Positions 54,331 through 64,000 of a stretch of 64,000 nt of DNA are shown here, piece after piece; position 1 is the first letter of the stretch, and the number at the start of each line of letters is the position of its first letter. This DNA comes from Octopus sinensis (Eukaryota). The position numbers were made by a program, and so were the translations under genes. Below the pieces are notes generated by a model, which saw only the letters and a list, made by a program, of their open reading frames with translations, was not told the origin of the DNA and ran no database searches. Where the stretch lies: the NCBI RefSeq assembly GCF_006345805.1, contig NC_042998.1, positions 151,094,001 through 151,158,000 of the forward strand, given 5' to 3'.

Positions 54331-54618
54331 GCCAAAACCAAAAACGCAATAGCTGCAGACAAAATCTCTCCGTTTGTCCTACCACCATCAGCATCACTTA
54401 TTTTCCTCATATTCTCCGGTCATATGCTCTACTTTACTAATTTTTTCACTGTCTATATAAATTTAAAAGCTTGCACCACGATCGGTTCGTCCTCTTGTCG
54501 TCTTCGGCAGGGATCGAAACACTCCTAATGGAAACTTTCTAACTATATAACATTCATACATACATAATTTCTGTTAGAACTTGTTAACTTTCTGGAACCC
54601 AAGGTTTCATACCGACTG

Positions 54619-54655
<37 letters not shown>

Positions 54656-56097
54656 TACATGCACGCACACATACACATATATACGCATGCACACACACGC
54701 ACACACACATACACACACACACACACACACGCACACACATGGATATATACGTATGTGTATTGAAAACAAGAAAAATGCACTGGAAACTTTAAAATAAGAC
54801 ATGTTTGATATATAATACCTTGCACTTTTTGAAAGATATTCATGGTGTAATTAATGATGTTATAATTTCATAACAGATGTTGACAGTAACAGGGGAAGTA
54901 ATAGATTATTACTATTGACTGTATCAGGGGAGGTAATAAGTAGAACATTCATTAATGCTAGTAATAAATATAATTGTAATCAAAATTAATTAAGTGTAAT
55001 TAAACTAACTTAAATTTAATACAATAAACACAAGTGAAATCAAAATTAAAATACCGACCTTTAGTGTACGTGATGACGGTGGAAGCGACGGTTATAACGA
55101 TGATTTTGATTGCTGATGTTAACATCAGTGATGTTAACGGTGGTGATGATAGAGATGATTCTATTACGATTGCTGGTAGACACTTTGTTATTTAAACCCA
55201 GATTAGACCTATATACAAAAAACATTTTAATACAGTGTCTCCAGATACACGCTCTCTCATTGTCGCTGTTTTTGAGACGGAATGATTTTTAATGAAGTAA
55301 GTAAGTAAATAAAATTATAATCATTAACAGACTCAACAATTAAATATTCTGAATATTTTCTGAAGTAGCCCTCCAGGTATTAAAGTCGTTCTTCATTTCT
55401 AGACTCTAACTTTGAAATATTTCTAAGACATTTTTTTTTTGTAAATTTCTGAGACGTAAGTTGCTGATAGGATTACTGCAATAGAATATCTTGGAATTTC
55501 AAGCATCATAAATTTTAAATTGTTAGTTTTCAGACGGCATTGATCACAGTGTTAGACAAGGTTGGAAATATTGAAATGACCAATTATTTGTCGTTCAAGC
55601 TCGACAGATCGATACAAATTGAGCTCCTCTAATGAAGTCCTTTAGATGAGAGTAGACGAGAATCAATATATTTGAGTTTAACGCCGTGATGCTAGTTGTC
55701 TTCTTAAATAATTTAGAATTTACTAACGTTCAGACGCCAAGCTACCCCATTACTCTAAAAATTCTGTCACCGACTTCCGCACAAGGAAATAAGAATTAAT
55801 TAAAAAATTTTACAAATATTAGTCCGGAGTAGCCTTGGCTGAGGAAACAAACAACAATGTCAAGAGTCCCTTTACCCACCATCCCAGTGGGTCCAGTTTC
55901 TTATGAACACACGTTTGTCTGAAAAGAGAAGTTCTGCTATGACGAAGCACAACAGTGATAGGCATATTCATGTTAGAATCTATCGGTACGTATAAAGAAT
56001 TGATATTTAAGTTATCGGTTTGATCGTGGTTGTTCATCGTGCATATGAAGATTTATTTACAAATATTGTTTATTCACAAAACATAATTTCAGATTGC

Positions 56098-56149
<52 letters not shown>

Positions 56150-56150
<1 letters not shown>

Positions 56151-56870
56151 GCTAATTTCTTGTCTTTGTACAGATACAGAGGACCGGTGGTTATGGATGA
56201 AGAGTGACTTGAAGATAGACAGAGGCACTCATACGCGCAGCTCACGAACAAGCGTTAAGGACCAACTACACGAAGTGCAGAATAGGCAATACAACCCATA
56301 GCGACAAATGCGGAATGTGTGGTGAGAGGGGTGAAACAGTATAGCACATCGTTAGCGAATGACCGTAATTGGATCAACGCAAATACAAAAGACTTCATAG
56401 CAATGTGGCAAGAATGATCCATTGGCAGCTCTGTGGAAATCACGGCCTACAAAGAGCAAAGACGCGGTATGATCAAACTCCAGAAGGAGTCACCGAAAAT
56501 GAGAATAACAAAGTCCTGTGGGATGCAATGATCCAGTGCGATCACCCGACCAGACATCGGAAACCGAACATTGTTGTGATGAATAACAAAGAAGGAACAT
56601 ATATGATAATCGGCATAGTATGCACCGGTGACAACAGGATCAATGTGAAAGATGAAGAAAAAATAAACAACTATTTGAAGTGGGAAATACGGAGGTTGTG
56701 GTCAATGAGGAGAGTAGACGTGAGACCAATAGTAATTGGTGCACTTCGGAATATCAGCACTCAACTTCCAACATGGCTGAAAAAGATTGGTGCAAGTGTG
56801 AAGGTACAACACCTACAAAAATCACCATGGCTTGGATCTACAAGAATTCTTCGCAGTGTTCTTGAAACAA
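56150..56870 (+). pseudogene. Old 5'-truncated R4/Dong-type LINE (restriction-like endonuclease region)
   Basis: CGMCGERGETV*HIVSE, NNKVLWD..KPNIVV..WEIRRLW..PIVIGAL; begins directly after (AAT)n. Confidence 0.8.
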
Positions 56871-56937
56871 GTGTCACCTTAGTTTGCTGGCTTAGTTTCC
56901 ATTATACCCAGCAAATTAAGCTGTGAGGTTTCATATA

Positions 56938-59900
56938 TTATTATTATTATTTTTTTTTTTTCCTCTTTCAAATTTTCTTCCATTTCTTGCCGAGTGTCTT
57001 CCCGACTCCTAGGGCAAAGAAACTCATAGTGTATATTGGTAGGCCATTAAACCAAACTCAGTAGTTCGTTCATTTTTTTTTTTTTTTTTTTTGAAGTTAA
57101 ATTAAAATACTTGAGCAGCAACAGTTCTCACATCGACAATGCTCTTCTCAATACGTGTGATGTACCAGTTAAGACAATCTTTTGCACTTCTTGCAGGGAT
57201 GGTAAGCCAGGGATCATTCTCATATAATTTTCGGTTCCCTTCTTGATCATTCCTAGTGCTCCTTGAGATGCCACATTTTCTCAATTTCAATGAGTAGGTC
57301 TTTATATTTTCTGAGCTTGTCAAACTCTTTCGCTGAGATATTATGATCACAGGGGATGCTCATGTCGATCAATAAGCAAACTTTATTGTTTTGGTCTTTC
57401 ACAACAATATCTGGTTTATTGGCCTTGATGGTTCGGTCTGTATGTACTGGAAAGTCCCACAGAATGGTTACATTTTCTCCTTCAGTTACAGCCTCAGGGT
57501 AGTGATTATACCACTTGTCGGCAGTTTTGATATTGTAATGCCGACTTATTAGCCAGTGGAGATATTGGCCAACTCTGTCATGTCTTAATTTATACTCCAC
57601 TGGTGCTAAGACTTTACATCCAGAGATTAGGTGATCCACTGTTTCAATCATGTCGTTGCAGAATCGGCATTTTGGGTCTGCTCCATTTTTCATCACATTG
57701 GCCTGGTAGTTCCGGGTTAATAGGCTTTGGTCTTGAGCAGCCAGGATGAAACCTTCGCTCTCTGCTTTTAGCCCTGAGCTCCGCAGCCACTGATGGGTTT
57801 GCTTCTGGTCAACATCAGCTTGTTTGCTGCGGGTCACATATTTGCCGTGCAGAGGTTTCTCCTCCCACCTATCAGCCAATTGCTCGTGCGCTTTTTTCAT
57901 TGCCATCATTTTCACCTTCTTTGCAACAATAGTTGCCGTACTTCCCTCGGGTTGTTCAGTTTGGGTATCCTGCACGAGATCAATAGCAAATTTTTTGCTT
58001 TCCTTGATGATAGAATGAAGCTTCTTTCGTCTCTCGTGATTTTCCACGAGCTTTAGCATCCAGTCATTCGATATTTCGAGATATTTGGCCAGTCCAATTG
58101 TGGTTGTTTTGTAAGCTAGTTCAAATTGGATCAGGCCTCGACCTCCTTGGGCTCTGGGAAGGTAAAGGCGATCTACGTCTGCCTTTGGGTGGTGCATCCT
58201 ATTACAACTCAGCAGCTTGCGTATTTTTCTATCTATATTCTTTACTTCACTCATATTCCAGTTCAACACATTGTAGCTATAAGTAACAACTGGAACTGCT
58301 AAGGAATTTATAGCTAACACCTTGTTACGTGCATTTAGTTCAGATTTCAGGACTGCACGAACTCTCCTATAACATTCCTTCCTGATTTTCTCTTTCATGC
58401 TTGCATGCTGAATACCAGAGCCTTCATTTATCCCTAAATATTTGTATGTCTGTTCTTGCTCAAGCTCTCTTATGACTGTGTCAACATCTAACACGACTGA
58501 ATTTGTGGTCTTCACTTTCCCTTTCTGGAAAGTGGCCTTGGCACACTTCTCAAGTCCAAACTCCATCCCGATGTCATCGCTGAATGCTTTCACGGTGCGC
58601 AATAGGCCTTCAAGTTCATTATTGTCTTTACCATAAAGTTTTAAGTCATCCATATAAAATAGATGGCTTATTTTTTTATTGGCAATTTTATACCCATACT
58701 CTGTTCTGTTTAATTCACTTGTAAGGGGTATTAGGGCTATGCAGAATATTAAAGGTGAAAGTGAGTCACCTTGAAAAATTCCACAGTTGATGTTTATATT
58801 TTCTGAGGCAAGTACTCCATTAGAGTGGTATAATTGGAGATTCGTATTCCACAACGACATATTGTGCTTCAGGAAGTTTGAAATCACAGGGGAAATTTTA
58901 AAGATGTCCAGCGATCTCAAGATCCATGGATGCGGTATACTGTCGAAGGCCTTTTTATAGTCAATCCATGCGGTGCTGAGATTTCTGCGCTTGTTGTGAC
59001 AGTTCTCAAGGATCATACGATTGATTAGCAGTTGATCTTTGCATCCGTAAGAGCCTCGGCGGCACCCTTTTTGTTCAATGGGGAAAATATCGTTCTTCTC
59101 CATGAATGCATATGTTTTCTCCGCCAGGATAGATGTTAGGATTTTATACGTGGTGGATAGACAGGTTATAGGCCGATAGTTTTTTGGAAGGTTGGTTTCG
59201 TTATTCTTTGGGAGTAGGTAAGTAATGCCACTTGCTAACCATTCAGGTGTTTTCTTTGGGTCTCTCAAAATTCCATTGAGCAGCTGAACTAGCTTACCGT
59301 GTGCGCACGGGAGCGATGCGAGCCAGAAATTCGGCACCCTATCTTTACCGGGGGATTTCCAATTATGGGCCTTCGTGAGTGCCTTTCTTAGGTCTGCTAT
59401 TGTGATGTCTTCCCATGCTTGTTGTTGTAAATTTTGGTAGGATCCTTCAGTTTGTATAATCCAGTCTGCATTTATGTTGTACGTCTTCTTGTCACTCCAA
59501 ATCCTTTCCCAAAAGTTTTGAACTTCTTCCATGGGAGGGGGGTCTTTAACGGTTACTTTCTCCTTCCCTATTTCTCTGTAGAACTTTTTGGCATTGGATG
59601 TGAACAGCTTATTTTGCTTGTAAAACTTGTTTCTCTTCTCAAATCTTCGTATTCTTTGGGCTTTTGCTTGGACTTTTTGTTTCAGCGTTTCTTTTATTGA
59701 TATCAGTTCTTCTCTTGGTGAGGATCCAAATTTTCTCTTCATCTTTCTTCCTGTTCTGGATCTTACATCATTTCCACATATTAGTTCATTTAATATTGAT
59801 ATTTCCCCTCTCATAAATTCAATCTCGTTTTCAATTTTACTTCTCCAGGTTTGATTTCTTCCCAGGTTTTGTTTTCTTTGTTTTTTCGGGGGCATACAGC

Positions 59901-60267
59901 TGGTTTCAATTGCCCTAGCAGAAGCGTAAATAATTTCATTTAACTCAGTAAAATCAGGTTTTGATTCTCGTATTATTTCATTTGTTACATAGTTGCCAAT
60001 TTGGATTTGTTTTTTATTTTGGTTTGTATTTGAGAGTTTATGAAGCGGTTCTCTATCATTCATACTTGTATGTCTTACAACTTCAAGCGTATTCAGGATT
60101 TTCTGCCTCATTTCTGCCATAGACTCTCTGTGTTCTTCAGCAAATGCGAGATCTTCAGTTACTGTTGTTTTTTCGTTTTCCTGGCTATCTTTAACAGGTA
60201 CAATAGAATTTCTTGTATCTTCAGGCCTTTGCGTACTTTAGTCAGATGGCAGTCTTTCAATTAAGCC

Positions 60268-60268
<1 letters not shown>
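56938..60268 (-). mobile_element. R4/Dong-clade non-LTR retrotransposon (RT plus RLE), young and nearly intact
   Basis: 955 aa ORF 57253-60120: YRPITCL, WIDYKKAFDS, GIFQGDSLSP, FYMDD, CRFC..HLISGC, RHD, KPDIVV..LIDMS. A frameshift near 57262 precedes GALGMIKKG..RRALSM* (stop 57128-30). (TAA)n at both ends. Confidence 0.95.
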
Positions 60269-60327
<59 letters not shown>

Positions 60328-60330
60328 GTT

Positions 60331-60386
<56 letters not shown>

Positions 60387-60465
60387 CAACAACAACAACA
60401 ATAATAATAGCAATAACAGCAACAGCAGCAGCAGCAGCAGCAACAGCAACAACAACAACAACAAC

Positions 60466-60513
<48 letters not shown>

Positions 60514-60517
60514 TAAT

Positions 60518-63500
60518 TCGTTTATTGGCCACAAGGGCTAACAAAAATCGATTAAAACATAAAGGGACAAAACACAGGACGAAAGTTACAAAGGGTTTTG
60601 TCCGTTTGAAAAGTCCGTGTACAAAAGCAGGATAACGAAATATAAGTAACAATTAAAACTCCCAATAGGGGGAGGCGCTTCGAAAGGTTACTCGTGGAAA
60701 AACCCATAAAAACCACGGGAGCCTGGTCAAAAGGTGGGGTAGAGAGCCCCTTTCTCCTTTTATATATCCTTTTAATTTTTCACAGGTGTATCCTCAGAAT
60801 TGGTCCGTTCATACTGGGCATTTTTGCGACATTCACCCACCTTTCAATAAACATGCTACCAGACAGTACTTCCCTCTCTACTCTCATCTTCTTTTTCAAG
60901 TGAAACTTGAAAAAGTTGATGAGGCCTTGGCCAAAGAGGAAAGTGTCTGACCTTAGTCCTTTCAAACGGGTCCACCATATCACCTCTTTCGCTATAGCCA
61001 CTAAGCAAAAGAAAACTGCCTTGCCCTCCCGGTTAAAGGAGGTCGGCGGGGCAATCCTCACTAAGGATTCAGCTGATAGCCGGATCCGTCTTATATGCGA
61101 CAGTAGCCGTTCGACATAAACCCATAGTTCAGCAATATTCGGGCACTGGACTAGTGTGTACAGAACGGTTTCGTTGTCCTAGATGCACCTCGGGCAGGCC
61201 CGTCTGACGGTACTTCCGTGCCGGTAGAGTTTATCCAGAACTGGCAGAGCCCCTTGGTAGCACTGCCAGGCGAGGGACCATTGGAAATTATCCATTGGCC
61301 CCGGACCGAAAGTTCTCCCGAACAGACTGTTTAGCTCGTTATCGTCAACGCCTAGAGTTTCCCCGAGAACGTCGTCGCACTTTTCTTCCACTAACCCTCT
61401 ATAGAACGCTAGAGTGGAACCAATACCGATCGCATTGCCCGCTTGGTGGAGGGCGGAGAGAGCTTGACGGCACTCGAGGAGCCAAGCTTCCTTTCTCGTT
61501 CTGCGTTTGATCCAAGACTGCAACTCTGTCAAAGAGACGAGCTGCGGAAAGTCGCGTCTGACAAAAGATGACCACACCTGTTCACCGTCTAGGAAACGCT
61601 TGAGATGCCGTAGCCTCAGCGCATGTCTGCGCATCTGTAACCACGACATGTCAATGCCTCCGTTCAGCGGCCGTTGACAGTAGATGGATCGCCTGACCAG
61701 TGGTACCTGACCCTTCCACGAGAAGTCGAAGATCAAGCGTACCAGCTTGGCCAACCAGCGGTCGGGACAAGGGACGACGGTCAATCGGTAATAGATGACG
61801 GATGCAATGTACGCATTCGCCACCTCCGCTCGACCTTTCAGGGACAGCTTCCTCTCGGCCCATTTCTGGATGAGATTGGCCACCCTGTTCGTCACCTCAC
61901 CCCAGTTTTTATCCACCTGGAGGTCTGGACCGAACCAGACCCCGAGCAGTTTAACGGGTCCGTCTGTCCAGCTCCCTACGACACTATTGGACGGCATGGA
62001 CTTGCCTCTCCAGGCGCCCAGTTGCAAGCCCACGGACTTTTCTGCGTTAATCTTTGCACCTGTCACCACTTCGTACTCGTTTAGTGTCTCGCCAATCAGG
62101 TCAATGTGCCTGTGGCTCGACACCATCACAGTGATGTCGTCGGCTTAGGTAGACACGCAATTTCCACCTTCCAGATCGCGCGGGATACCCCTCAAAGCCT
62201 CCAACTTGCGCAGTAATGGCTCGAGAGTCAATACGTACAAGAGAGAGGAGAGAGGGCATCCTTGACGAACCGAACGCGAGATGTCAAACGGCTCCGAAAG
62301 GTGACTGTTCAACCGTATCACCGAGTAGATGTTGCTGTACAAAGCAGCGATCCACCCGCGGAAGACTGAACCGAAACCGGCTGCCTTGAGAACAGCTGCC
62401 AGGTATCGGTGGTCGACCCTATCGAAGGATTTACTCTGATCTAAATTGATCAAAGCCCCACCCGCGCCAGTGTCGTTACCCAGCCTCTCTATGATGTAGC
62501 GCATGAGATGGAGATTATTGTGTATCGACCTGGTCGGCACGGCGCATGTCTGCGCCTTGCCAATCAGCTTGTCCACGACAGGCACCAATCTCTTGGCTAG
62601 CACCTTGGCCAAAATCTTCAACTCTGCATTGAGCAAAGTGATGGGCCTAAAGTTCCCTATAACGTCCTCCTTGTTTGGGTCCTTTCTCAGCAAAGCCACC
62701 ACTCCTCGACAAACAAATGCAGGAATTCTCCCGTTTTGTCGCCAGTTGCAGTAGACGTTTGCCAAGAGGCTCGCAAACAAGTCTGGCATTGAAGTGTAAA
62801 GCTTGTAGGGCAGACCATCCAAACCCGGCAATCTGCTTCTCGTGCAGCTCTTCATTGCTTCCTCCACTTCCCAGGCAGATATCGGTCTTTCGCAGTACTC
62901 TGGCTCTCTGTCCGAGAGTTGCGGTAGGCCGTCCAGGTACACACCGAAGTCTGTCCCGTTGTCTGTCCCACCGTTCATTCCAAACAGTTGAGCAAAATGC
63001 CGCTGAAACACCGCACACATCTGCTTCGGTTCGGAAACCTCGCACTCTTTCTGCTCCACCAAAGACCGAATGGTCTCTTTGTTGCCACACTTCGCCTCCA
63101 CCACGCGGGCCTATCGAGCGGCCTTAGTCCCCTCCCCGCTTAGCGAACGCGCCTTAGCTCTGACAACGCAGCCTTCGTGTTTGGTATCAAAGTGTTGGTC
63201 GAGGGCCAACCTAGCTGCCAACACGTCGGTTGCGATGCCTGTCTCAAGAGCCTCGTCTAGTTTTCTAACTAAATCCCGCTCTGTTCTCCTACGTTCTACA
63301 GCTAGAGCCTTACTAAACCTAATCGACTCTACTCTAATTGCTCTCTTGAGAGCAAACCACCAGTTGTTGTTGATGATTGCACCCGTGAGCGCCCGTTTAA
63401 CTAATAAACTAATCCGGTCTCTGTAGGCGTTGCACGCCGTTAACGACGCGTTCAGCTTCCAGTAGCCGGGACCCTGTCTATGTAGCTTATCTGAGTCGAC

Positions 63501-64000
63501 CGTACAGATCACGAATTTGTGGTCCGTATGGTCGACTAGGTGGAATTGTGGACACCCTATGCTGTTCTTATCCGCTGGTCTACAGAAGACTATCTAAGTA
63601 CGATCTAGACGACCCGATGCGATTAGTGCAAGTCCACATTGGCACATTCGGGTTGTCTAGTCGAAACCTGTCGGACAATTGAAAGCGCCTGAGAAGGTTG
63701 GCGAGGCTCTTGCACCCCCTCTCCTCTCAAATGTTCCCGTGCCCACCCGATCAAAACGTTCGTCTAAGACAGCGTTCCAATCCCCAAACAGCACTAGAGT
63801 GCGTGACGTTCCCAAGAAAACTTCCAGACGCTTGAAATAATCGGACTGCCCGGCTCCTGTCGGAGCGTAGGCAGCCAGCAGTCTGAAAGCACCACCGTCA
63901 CTACTGTCTACGTCGAGGACCACCAACTTACCTTCCGGATCCAGGAAGACTCCTTATTTTCAAATCCAAGCCCTTCCGAAACAAAACCGCAGTACCACCA
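60518..64000 (-). pseudogene. Tx1/L1-clade LINE ORF2 (APE, RT, C-terminus), disrupted, runs off the window
   Basis: YAP..GDWN (APE); PGLDGLP, FRPITLLN, LDQSKSFDRVDH, RQGCPLS. The YADD Tyr codon is mutated to TAA at 62145-47. The tail sits in (AAT)n. Confidence 0.93.

Noticed and set aside
55819-56037. 72 aa ORF with a hydrophobic, signal-peptide-like end
   Set aside because: The hydrophobic stretch is C-terminal and ends at a stop, with no homology evident.

Overview
AT-rich, microsatellite-saturated metazoan DNA with no recognisable host protein-coding gene. The SINE and microsatellite landscape suggests an octopus or other cephalopod genome (inference). Coding potential is confined to decayed transposons: a Ty3/Gypsy LTR element (34.3-38.3 kb), two Penelope-like (PLE) remnants (41.2-43.6 kb, 48.3-48.5 kb), three Tx1/L1-clade LINEs, two R4/Dong-type RLE LINEs, and several Tc1/mariner, MITE, Helitron-like and tRNA-SINE relics. 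The most striking hidden layer is RNA-level. At least nine sequence-unrelated families of short elements, most abutting (AT)n, carry type I minimal hammerhead ribozyme (HHR) motifs. In every readable case helix III is a different self-complementary palindrome, several have 40-105 nt helix II regions, and some show core variants (U3-A8, A6U, UCGAAGA). Several sit in foldback duplications with non-random turning points. Ribozyme calls come from manual motif and base-pair reading and were not tested for activity.
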